In this document: positions 24,326-36,745 of the stretch, in pieces | How the letters are laid out: every line of letters starts with the position of its first letter | Numbering within the stretch: position 1 is the first letter of the stretch | DNA from: Tubiluchus corallicola | Lineage: Eukaryota; Animalia; Priapulida | Assembly (NCBI GenBank): GCA_030141605.1 | Contig: JAQGDQ010000594.1 | Span: 62,001 to 126,000, forward strand | Direction of reading: 5' to 3' | DNA: 64,000 nt | Made by a program: the position numbers and the translations under genes | Notes under the pieces: generated by a model | The model's database searches: none | Seen by the model: the letters and a program-made list of their open reading frames with translations, nothing else | Told to the model about the DNA's origin: nothing

Positions 24326-24699
24326 CAAAGAAGAAGTGATTGATTAGTGATTATGTACGTTTTTCAATCCAATGACGAATCTCACAGAATGGCTAACATA
24401 GTAAGTTTATAATAGTATTATCATTGTTTTTGTTGTTGGTATTGTTGCTGCCATTGTTGTTATCATTGTTTTTGTTGTTGGTATTGTTGCAGCCATTGTT
24501 GTTCTCATTGTTTTTGTTGTTGGTATTGTTGCTGCCATTGTTGTTCTTTTCTTATTATTATCATTGTATCACATCTCAAACTGCATTTAAACTGACTTGA
24601 AAATTAATTGAAAACAACATTAATTGAAGTCCCTATGTTTTTATATATTTATGTATCTAAGTTATGACTTGCTCTGTTTTGCTCTTTTATCTAATAGGA

Positions 24700-24810
24700 C
24701 GGCTAATTTAAGGTACCTCTTTTTTAGCAACAGAACTGTTCGTCTGTGGAATAGATTGCTTATACACGGTGTTGACCCACCGCACAAATGCTTTCAAAGA
24801 AAGATAATGA
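24700..24810 (+). mobile_element. CR1-like LINE 3' fragment
   Basis: FFSNRTVRLWNRL resembles the CR1 FFSNRVV..WN.L motif. Confidence 0.5.
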
Positions 24811-25435
24811 TCGATTTTGTAAAATATTCTGACATCATTCTAGTTACAGTAGATTAGCTATGCAACCCGCGTGATTCCAAGTAAAAATCTGTTTTGACTG
24901 TATAATATAATACCAAGTTTAGTACAATATTTAGGAAGAGATGGCACTATTAGACTGATTGGTCCTTTTTTCAGTAAAATCTGCTTTCAGTAAACAGTAA
25001 AATTGACCTAAGTAATGTGAGATTTAACTCAATAAGGGTACTATAGTATTATGCATTAGTAGTAGCAACTATATGACACATATGCATTAAATATTCAATG
25101 CGAAAAAAACTAGCATAATAAAAGCTTAGGTGATGTAGGAGACATTTTTAACTTTAATTCTACAGTGTGATCAGCAACAGTGTGATTTGTAGTTACTTTG
25201 TAGTGAAATGCAAATTAATTATTTTTATGGTGTATAGAATACACGCTTTTTATGTATTGTAATATTCATTTTTATTCACACAATAAAATAAATCATGAAT
25301 CATTAATTTTAGGAACTATTGGAGTAGACGCTTGGCTTTTGGCTCCCACACAGAAGCCAAAGACATTGACATTGAGTAACTTATACTACAATACGTAGAA
25401 CCAGACGATTCCAATATATAATACATAATACATGA

Positions 25436-25500
25436 TCAGACGGTTAGGTCTAATGGTAACGCGTCCGCTTTCCGGCTGGGAGGTCGTGAGTTTGATACGA
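25436..25500 (+). mobile_element. tRNA-derived SINE head fragment
   Basis: AGGTCTAATGG (A box) and GTTTGATAC (B box), matching the heads of the minus-strand SINE copies. Confidence 0.65.
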
Positions 25501-25844
25501 ATTAGTATTTCGTGCGTACAGATTACACAAATTAATTTTTTTTCACCATGTCCCTCCGGGGGCTCCGTACATATAGGCGCCAAACTATGTAACATAAGAA
25601 GCAGCATGGCAGTTTTGCAAAATTCGCTTATAAGACTGGACTTGCTCTGTAAACGTTCCCCGTGCCCATTGTCATCAATACAACATGTTGATTATTGCAA
25701 TAATAGAAAAGCGACTATAAAACTGTGATGTATCTTGGTTCAGATACGGAAGCCATTAGACGTCTTTTGGGAACAGCTTACGGTTCTGGATTAATTTAAT
25801 GGCATTCATAAGCTGCTGACCTTGCGCTAACACGGGCGCTCGCG

Positions 25845-27075
25845 TGGATGAGGGAACTCGTGGAGATGTGGGGCACTCATGAAGATGCGGGAGCTCTCGT
25901 AAAGATGCGGGGGAACTCGTGAAGATGTGGGGCACTCGTGAAGATGTGGGGGCACTCGTGAAGATGCGGGGGCACTCGTGAAGATGTGGGGGCACTCGTG
26001 AAGATGCGGGGGAACTCGTGGAGATGTAGGGCACTCGTGAAGATGCGGGGGCACTCGTGACGATGCAGGGGAACTCGTGGAGATGTAGGGCACTCGTGAA
26101 GATGCGGGAGCTCTCGTAAAGATGCGGGGGAACTCGTGAAGATGTGGGGCACTCGTGAAGATGTGGGGGCACTCGTGGAGATGTAGGGCACTCGTGAAGA
26201 TGCGGGGGAGCTCGTGAAGATGCAGGTGGCACTCATGAAGATGCGGGAGCTCTCGTAAAGATGCGGGGGAACTCGTGAAGGTGCAGGGGAGCTCGTGGAG
26301 ATGTGGGGGCACTCGTGGAGATGTAGTGGAGCTCGTGAAGATGTGGGGGCACTCGTGGAGATGTGGGGGCACTCGTGGAGATGTAGGGCACTCGTGAAGA
26401 TGTGGGGGCACTCGTGAAGATGCGGGGGCACTCGTGACGATGCAGGGGAACTCGTGGAGATGTAGGGCACTCATGAAGATGCGGGGGAACTCGTGGAGAT
26501 GTAGGGCACTCGTGAAGATGCAGGTGGCACTCATGAAGATGCGGGAGCTCTCGTAAAGATGCGGGGGAACTCGTGACGATGTGGGGCACTCGTGAAGATG
26601 TGGGGGCACTCGTGGAGATGTAGGGCACTCGTGAAGATGCGGGGGCACTCGTGAAGATGCGGGGGCACTCGTGACGATGCAGGGGAACTCGTGGAGATGT
26701 AGGGCACTCATGAAGATGCGGGAGCTCTCGTAAAGATGCGGGGGAACTCGTGAAGGTGCAGGGGAGCTCGTGGAGATGTGGGGGAGCTCGTGGAGATGTA
26801 GGGTACTCGTGAAGATGTGGGGGCACTCGTGGAGATGTGGGGGCACTCGTGGAGATGTAGGGCACTCGTGAAGATGTGGGGGCACTCGTGAAGATGCGGG
26901 GGCACTCGTGACGATGCAGGGGAACTCGTGGAGATGTAGGGCACTCGTGACGATGCAGGGGGCACTCGTGGAGATGCAGAGGAACTCGTGAAGATGTAGG
27001 GCACGCGTGAAGATGCAGGGGAACTCGTGGAGATGTAGGGCACTCGTGGAGATTCAGGGGGAACTCGTGGAGAAG
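25845..27075. repeat. G-rich 19-20-bp minisatellite (GGGGCACTCGTGAAGATGY)n, about 60 copies
   Basis: Seen directly; produces several overlapping spurious minus-strand ORFs. Confidence 0.95.
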
Positions 27076-27209
27076 TTCGCTCTAAAACATGCTTCTTATG
27101 TTCAATAAAGTTTAATATCAATCCCATCTTACCTAAACACTTAAAGGGAAGGAAAACTTTCCATACAACTACAATGACAACGACAGCGATGACGACGACG
27201 ACGACGACA

Positions 27210-27476
27210 TTTATTTATTTATATATTTATTTATTTATTTATTTAAAACCAGCTTCTAAATAAACAATAACATAAGCTCAAAGACCTTTTGCCGACTGCA
27301 AGCAACAATTTAACAACAGAGACTATTATTACCCCGCTTTTACCCTATATACCACGCGCCAGGCAGGGGAACAGCAGGTACCTTTTATAAATTCTTTGAT
27401 ATGACCAGGCCGTTGTATCGAATTCACTACCTCCCAGCTCGAAAGCGAACGTTTTACCACTAGACTATAACGTCTG
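27210..27476 (-). mobile_element. tRNA-derived SINE (Meta-domain-like core) with (TAAA)n tail
   Basis: On -: AGTCTAGTGG A box, then GGTCATATCAAAGAATTTATAAAAGGTACCTGCTG..CCCTGCCTGGCGCG core. Related copies at 31.5 and 35.6 kb. Confidence 0.75.
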
Positions 27477-27917
27477 ATCTTATATACAAAGTTAAAGCAT
27501 TAGCTTACCTGTTTGAAAGGTAATAGGACAGGAAAACTGTTAGTAATTTAAAATGCTCGTAAAATGCCACTGTATCACTATCCCGGCGTGCACCACTGTT
27601 TTATACAGCGTTACTGCTAACGCAAGCTCTGCATGCAATAAGACAACACGTAAGTGGTATTGAATTTCAAGAGGAATTTTTAAGCTTTATTTATTAAGAG
27701 AGTTTTCTTGTTCTTTAATCAAAGAATGATTAAATTTTGCTCGTTGTTACCCTAACAATGACTGTGTAGTTTGTAAAGTAGCAAATTGGTAAAGCAACCA
27801 AATAGGCACCAGGTCATAAAAAAACTTTCAAGACGCAGAAGGAAAATGGACAAACACGAGCAGTTAATAAACGTAACCACATAAACGCTAAAACAGCTAG
27901 TGATATTGACTAAAAAG

Positions 27918-28222
27918 AATAAGCCTTTTCACAGTTTCGTTGTGCGCACGCGCTCTTGCTGCAGGTCAAAGGTGAAGTGTATTACAGTAGCGCGTCTTAA
28001 GTACAACCGTGACGTGACATTTGGGTAAAATAAAGCCGGCCGCCGCATCATTTCAGTAACTTCAGTGGTTTTACGTGAACTTTACTTAGTTATTCGTTAG
28101 TCTGTACGTAGAGTGATTTGCTAGCAGGATCTGGCTTGGGGGAACAAGAAAAAATGGACTAGGTAGGGTTTTAGCTAGATGTTAAAACTGTTACTATTAG
28201 TTTAGTATTGGCTGCGAGGCGT
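27918..28222 (+). mobile_element. MITE family A, truncated copy
   Basis: Starts AATAAGCCTTTTCACAGTTTCG and is colinear with the 20224 copy. Confidence 0.82.
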
Positions 28223-28589
28223 ATTGGATAATGTAGGCTAAACAGTATCGTTATAAAAGCTTTTAGTTCAGTGAACACTTGGCGAACCGAACACTGTACA
28301 ATTATTGACTTATGACATCATCAAACATAGTTCATGGTTGCCAATAAACTATGATTATAAAAATTTTCTTAGTTTAGTCTGACTAAGATTTTCTAATGAC
28401 AAATTATTTAAAGTGACAGATCATCAACAGAAGATGGATTTGATTAATCAGAGCTCAGCGTTCTTTCACTGTCCAGTATCCAATATCTGCATAATGAATC
28501 ATGGCTAATGAATTAATTAAGATGCAGTTAGATGCACTACATCCTTTCAACTATCTCTTTCATCCTCTTACTTTTAACATTTCCATGTC

Positions 28590-29010
<421 letters not shown>

Positions 29011-29929
29011 CCATCTTTATTCCCTTCTTTTTCTTTGTTTCATCCAATCGTAATTTTTTTCTTTTTTGTAGTTTCGTCCTAGATTTTATTCTTCTTTCTG
29101 TCTTCTGTGTCATCGTCCGTGGCATTTCTTCTTCTTTCTTCGTTCCTTCGTTTCTCTCATTTCTTAATCGCATTGTTCGTGCTCTCTGCTCTCTCCTTAC
29201 TGACAAACTCTCACTCAACAATCATTTTCTGCACTTTCTTCTGCCTCTGAATCTTTCTTTCCACGCCTTTCTCTTTCTCCCATCGCAAATTTCTTTTCCT
29301 CAATGTAAATTATCGCACCGCATTAATTACGACTTAAAAGCTGCTTGGTTATTGGTGATTTATTCACCAATTACGTTGAACGATACATGAGGAATTTTCA
29401 CCTTTATGTTCCCTGCTTCTGTGTGTAAATCAAGATATTAAAGGCCACTAAACAATTTTTATCCATTAATTAGGCCAATGGTACAAATTTATATCGTCAC
29501 AACTCTCTCTGACATTTCACAGAAACCCATTTATAATATATCTATTTGTCATGACTGGATTTGACATCCTGCTAGTTTATGGCGCGAAATGTTTTAGGAA
29601 AAAGGAAATTCATGCACATTAAGTCGCAAAACTGCTTTGATCCTGGTGCGTTTTTAAAAAGTGCGTTCATTGTTAGAAAACATTTTACGCAAGCGGAAAC
29701 TGAAAATGTTCCATCTTAAATATACGTAAATACATCATAAAAAACATAAATACATATGATTACAATACATTATCTTGTTAAGCAAACGGCCATATTGTTT
29801 GGGATTTGTTTTTTCATGCAAACCATAGACGTGCCTGCTCGTAGGGGATGAATAAACAAACCTGATAACAAAATTAACTTACTAAATATGCATTAAGGTT
29901 TGGTGCTGATGATAACGTGTAACAAAGAG

Positions 29930-30605
29930 AAAGGTCTCCCACATTGCTTACAGTGCAGTAGGGCCTATATAATTTAAAATGTCTTGCTTCTAGTAAACCA
30001 CTTGTTTGCTATAGTGTAGCAGGCCAGCAAGATCTCCCACACTGCTCACACTGCATAATATTTAATGCATCTTTATTTTAATTGAGCCACTTGTTTGCTG
30101 TGGTGGACTAAACACCAAGGGCTCCCATACTGCTTACAATGCAACACACATAATTATAGCGTCTTACTTCTGGATAGCCACCTGTTTGCTGTAGTGTAGG
30201 AAACAGCAAGGTCCCCCATATTGGTTATATTGCGCTATAATTAAAATATTTTGATTCTATTGAATCACTTGCTTGCTGTATTTCAGCAGATCAACAAGAT
30301 GTCCCACACTGCTTGCAAAGCAGTATAATTATAAACAGTTTGCTTCTGCTTGTTGACTGCATTGTAGCAGACCAGCAAGATCTCCCACATTGCTTACATT
30401 ACACTGAAACGAAAACGTCTTGATTCTATTGAGCCACTTGTTGTCTGTAGTATGGCAATTAGAAAAGTCTCAAAAAAGTTTACAATGCAGTATAGTTATA
30501 AATGTTTGCTTCTGGTAAATTGTTGATGGCAACTGACCAGCAAGATCTCCCGCATTGCTTACACTGCACAGTAATTAAAAACATTTTGCTTCTATTGAGC
30601 CACCG
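29930..30605. repeat. Diverged tandem repeat, unit about 85 bp, about 8 copies
   Basis: CAAG.TCTCCCAC..TGCTTACA.TGC...GAGCCACTTGTT recurs. Confidence 0.8.
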
Positions 30606-30890
30606 CAATATTGTCTGTAGAGATGAGAAAATGTGTTTTCAGCGTTTTGTAATTTACAGGATATAAGAATAGCCAACATGTTCCATTGTCCACCCTTACA
30701 AAGCGGAAATGAATGTAGAGAGATAGCTGATCTTCCGCAAGACGTTTAATTAAGTAGTTTTCTTTTCATGGGCTGTTTGCTAAAGGAAGCTATTGCGTTT
30801 CGTAAACTAAAACATCACCTCATTGATGTTAAAGCGAAACTGGACCCAATTTTACAGGAAAACAGGATAAATTTTCATATCCTACCCCAT

Positions 30891-31513
<623 letters not shown>

Positions 31514-31730
31514 TATGAACAATTAACATAAGCTCCAAAGAGTTTGGATCGACTATAAATAACAAACTACAACTACATAACAGAAACTATTATTACCCCA
31601 TTTATACGCTAAATACCACGCGCCAGGCAGGGCAACAGCAGGTACCATTTTAAAAGTCTTTAATATGACCGAACTTATGACCCCCCAGGCGGAAAGCAGA
31701 CGAGTTACCACTAGACCAAACCGTCTGGTT
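31514..31730 (-). mobile_element. tRNA-derived SINE copy
   Basis: On -: TGGTCTAGTGG A box; core TCATATTAAAGACTTTTAAAATGGTACCTGCTGTTGCCCTGCCTGGCGCG. Confidence 0.75.
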
Positions 31731-32611
31731 GTAGTACAGTATTTTGAAGTACAGCAGAAAGTATACATTTCAACACTTATAATAATGCCAACGTGTTTTT
31801 GGTAATTAAATAACTGATTAAAAACTTATGGCTTGGTGTCCAGCTAGTGGTAACGACATAACTGAACATAATTTTGGTCAAAACATTTCTACACTTTAAA
31901 TTATTGAGAGGAAACATACTATTTTTTTCAAAAATGACTTTCGTGAAAGAATTATTATCACACAAACACCACAATTTCACGTTCGCGCCACTAGTTCTTC
32001 GCTGTTACATGCATTTCTCCTTTCGCTAGTTAGACGGGCACTGGCGCCTGCATTTCGGAAACGCTTTACACAAAAACGGGTGCTATACTTCTCAATTCAG
32101 ATGTGTTAGTTTTTGACGAACTGCATACGTTTGACAGCTCATGCGTGAGCACTGCGGCAAATATGAAATTTGAATTTTTATCTTAAAACTTGCCTAGTTT
32201 TAGTACAACACACTGAATATCTTACAATAGCGATGTATGTCACTTTTCGCTTTCGCAAACACGCGCAACACGCGCAACACGCTCGTGGCATGTTAGTTTG
32301 TGATGTTCTCAATAGCTGAGCTCACCACCATTAACTAAGTTTTTAATATATTACTTAATTATCAGAAACGCTTTTGCAGTAATAATCACTTTGAAATGTA
32401 TAACTGTTTAACGGACTTAGTATATGATCTACGTAAAATAGTATAAAAATGGGGTAGTATATGAAAAATCATCCTGCCTTCGTTTCAGTGTAATACGCAA
32501 AAACAAGGAAAATGTTACATTTAAAAATTTAAAAGCTTACAGCTGTACTAACGACTGGGCTTGCTATTTTGCGTACACGTAAAACTCGTTCATAAAATGT
32601 TTCCGTCCGTG

Positions 32612-33182
32612 CGTCGTGTTCAGACTAGCGAATTTTTTTCGCCAGCTAATTCGCAAGCGTGTTCAGACTAGAGAACAAATGTCGCTGCGAGTTACTCTGC
32701 AATGGTAAGCGGCGAGCTGACAGTCAATACTCTATTCGCTGCAAGTAACATGTCTAAAGTAACTCGCCGTGGTCTTCACACCAGTCATTAAATCAACTCA
32801 CAGTAACTGTGGGAGAGTTTGTAATAACTTGACCACAGTAACTCCCAAAGCTGTTCACACTTGCGAGTTTGCCGTCAGAAAGACTCGCTAGTGTGAAAAG
32901 AGACGTTCACACTAGGCATTAAATCAACTCACAGCAATTGTCGGAGAGTTTGCAATAACTTGACAACAGTAACTCCCAAAGCTGTTCACACTTGCAAGTT
33001 TGCCGTCAGAGAGACTTGCTAGTGTGAAAAGAGGCGTTCACACTAGTCATTAAATCAACTCACAGCAACTGTCGGAGAGTTTGCAATAACTTGACAACAG
33101 TAACTCCCAAAGTTGTTCACACTTGCGAGTTTACTGCTAGAGAGAAAACTCACGACGGAAAACTAGCTAGTATGAACACGCC
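32612..33182. mobile_element. Harbinger-like MITE with internal tandem repeats of about 131 bp
   Basis: Termini G.CGTGTTCA.ACTAGC / GCTAGTATGAACACGCC; repeated GTTCACACT(A/T)G motifs. Confidence 0.65.
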
Positions 33183-33457
33183 GCTAGAAAGTTACTCCCG
33201 TCATTTCTGTAGTGCTACCGGCCATTAATTAAGTTTCTAAACTAATATTTAGTTTCAAGAAAGCGCTTTTTAATTATTATATGCACAGAAACAAATATTT
33301 TAAGTTACAGATTAAACGGGTAAAGGATTTGATTGAAAAATTGCAATGTTTTCCTTTAAGCAATTGAAACTTTAAAGCTATTTACACAAACGTTCTATGA
33401 AATGTATAGCCACCAAACTCTAATTAAGATTCTAAAGTATGAATGAAGTTCCTCAAC

Positions 33458-33870
33458 GAGACCAATTGAATGGTATAAGCTGGTCCAAGATTGGTTGACC
33501 CCTGCCCTTGGTGTCACAACTGAAAGGCATCGAAAAGACCAATTGAATGGTATAAGCTGGTCCAAGATTGACTGACCCCTGACGTTGGGGTCACAGCTGG
33601 AAGGCTAATTGAATGGTACAAGCTGACCCAAGATTGGTTGACCCCTGACCTTGGTGTCACAGCTGAAAGGCATCGAAAAGACCAATTGAATGGTACAAGC
33701 TGGTCCAAGATTGGTTGACACCTGACGTTGGGGTCACAGCTGAAAGGCTAATTGAATGGTACAAGCTGGTCCGAGATTGGTTGACCCCTGACCTTGGTGT
33801 CACAGCTGAAAGTCTAATTGAATGGTACAAGCTGGTCAAAGATTGGTTGACCCCTGACTTTAGGGTCACG
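33458..33870. repeat. Minisatellite of about 6 units, alternating lengths of about 77 and 65 bp
   Basis: AATTGAATGGTA.AAGCTGGTCCAAGATTGGTTGACCCCTGAC.TTGG.GTCACAGCTGAAAGG recurs. Confidence 0.9.
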
Positions 33871-34000
33871 TGAAAAGTGACAAGTTCCTGTGTTAAAACG
33901 AGTGCAAATCGTAATTAGATAAACAAATTCGATAAAATTACCATTATGAGTTTTAAACAAATTTCTAAAATTATTTTAAGTTCAAATTTTAAGAATACTA

Positions 34001-34441
34001 CAGTTGCTACAGGTCAAAGGTTTAGTGTATTACAGCAACGCGTCTTACGTACAACTGTCACGTGACATGTCGGTCGCCGTCGGCTGCGCATCAGTCCAGC
34101 AACTTCAGTTGTTTCACGTGGACTTTACTTAACTATGCATTAGTCTGTGCGTAGAATAATTTATTAGCAGGATCTTGCTTGCGTCACATGACATGCGTGT
34201 AAAGCTAAGCCGTCTGCCTCATTAATTCAGTAACGTCAGTTGTTTAACATAGATCTTGCTTGGGAACAAGAAAAAATGAACTTGGCAAGGTTCTACCTAA
34301 CTGTTAAAACTGTTACTACCACAATAGCATGGGCTACGAGGCGTTGCCAAGTGTATACAAATGCGTTGTCTGGTACACTTAACCTTTCCTTTGACCTTTT
34401 CACGATCATCATCAATCGCTGGAACTGTGAAACGGCTTATT
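34001..34441 (+). mobile_element. MITE family A copy with internal duplication
   Basis: Colinear with the 20224 copy; ends AACTGTGAAACGGCTTATT. Confidence 0.82.
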
Positions 34442-35007
34442 CTCTTATAACTAAGAGCAAGAAATTAGGAAGGAATTGAGGCATCTGATTGCTTGACATC
34501 ACGTTCGTTTCCAGTAAAATCCCTGATGTCATTACCGGTTTGCTCAAGTAAAAATCCTTTTCTTACTTCCACGTAAACAACGTTTGCGTGACGCCAATTT
34601 GCCTTCCCATTCTAGCTCACCTATATCAGCAGGTGTTTCTACGTTCAGGTATTCGACTTGCTTTTAAAACAGGTGAGTCAATTTACTGGAAATCTTCTCA
34701 GCTTGATTCTCGGTACGTTTTCATAAATGTGATTCATGTTAACTCTTTGCAGTAAATCGATTCGAAGATAATGGCAGTTATCGAAAATCGGATTAGAAGT
34801 CACTGATTCACATTAAGTTCTGTGTAAAAGTTTTACAAATGAATGACATCATAAGTTAAAGCACAAGATAACTCTATTCATAAGCAAGGTTAAAAATTCC
34901 TTTTGAATTTTGCATCACTTTCCTGCTATCTTATTCAACCGAGAACTTATATAAGCAGTAATACTTTATAAAATTTGCAAATTAAGCCTCCCGTTACAAT
35001 AATAAAA

Positions 35008-35435
<428 letters not shown>

Positions 35436-35564
35436 AGCAGCACAGGCCCAGCAAAAAATTTGCGCACAAATCCCCGTATAATGAATAATGCGCGAACATA
35501 CTACTTACTGTTCATTTATATACCTAACGTAAAGCCAGCAGCTTTTACTGAATTAAAATTATAT

Positions 35565-36020
35565 AATAATAATAATAATAATAACAGTAATAACCTAATA
35601 ATCTTTATTTATTTAAAGTCGGTTTTTTGGATCAACAATGAAATTATACTCCAAAGAGCTTTTGGGCCGCCTGTAAATAACAAACTGCACTTACGTAGTA
35701 GAGGCTATTATCACCCCACTTTTACCCTAAATGCCATGCACCAGGCAGGACAACAGCGGTACCATTTTTAAAGTCTTTGGTATGACCTGTACGGAAGTGG
35801 TGCTGACAAGCCACTGGCGTAGCAGTGTCTAGTTTTTTTTGCTGGATTACTGCTGCGTTTACCTGTCTGAAGGCAGATTTCTTTTATTTTAGAATTCTGC
35901 CTGCCCAATGTCTATAATAGACGTGACGGGCGTATGATGATGATGATGATGGTATGACCTGGCCGCTGTATCGAACCCACGACCTCGACGGAATGCGGCG
36001 CGTTACCAATAGACTAAACC
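35565..36020 (-). mobile_element. tRNA-derived SINE interrupted by a 160-bp retroposed insert (35790-35949)
   Basis: A and B boxes at about 35970-36018 on -; 12-bp direct repeat TGGTATGACCTG flanks the insert. Confidence 0.8.
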
Positions 36021-36285
36021 ATTTTGACGATAAGTCGTTTGAAACAAGTTTAGACAACATTGCGAAAGTTTGAAAAAATAATTAAAGCATTCGCAGCACA
36101 CACGTCACTAACTAAGCAAAAGTTTAAATTACTGTATATTGTCAATAAGATCAATAACGTGTCTCTGGTGAATCAGTGGTGCACACTGGGACACTGGGCA
36201 AGTGATTCAGTGACGTTTTACCATATGGCATGAAAATGTTAAATTACTAAGAATTTTCTCTTCTACTTATATTAGTCTTTTATAT

Positions 36286-36745
36286 ATTATATTATATTGT
36301 ATTGTATTGTGTTGTGTTGTGTTGTGTTGTGTTGTGTTGTGTTGTGTTGTGTTGTGTTGTGCTGTGCTGTGCTGTGCTGTGCTGTGCTGTGCTGTGCTGT
36401 GCTGTGCTATGCTATGCTATGCTATGCTATGCTATGCTATGTTATGTTATGTTATGTTATGTTATGTTATGTTATGTTATGTTATATTATATTATATTAT
36501 ATTATATTATATTATATTATATTATATTATATTATATTATATTATATTATATTATATTATATTATATTATATTATATTATATTATATTATATTATATTAT
36601 ATTATATTATATTATATTATATTACATTATATTATATTATATTATATTATATTATATTATATTATATTATATTATATTATATTATATTATATTATATTAT
36701 ATTATATTATATTATATTATATTATATTATATTATATTATATTAT
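36286..36745. repeat. Compound pentamer microsatellite ATTAT/ATTGT/GTTGT/GCTGT/GCTAT/GTTAT/ATTAT
   Basis: Seen directly. Confidence 0.97.

Noticed and set aside
25436-25500. tRNA gene
   Set aside because: A/B boxes only, no complete cloverleaf; matches the SINE heads.
25756-27127. Pro/His-rich extensin-like ORFs up to 352 aa
   Set aside because: Overlapping frames of a 19-20-bp minisatellite inside an intron.
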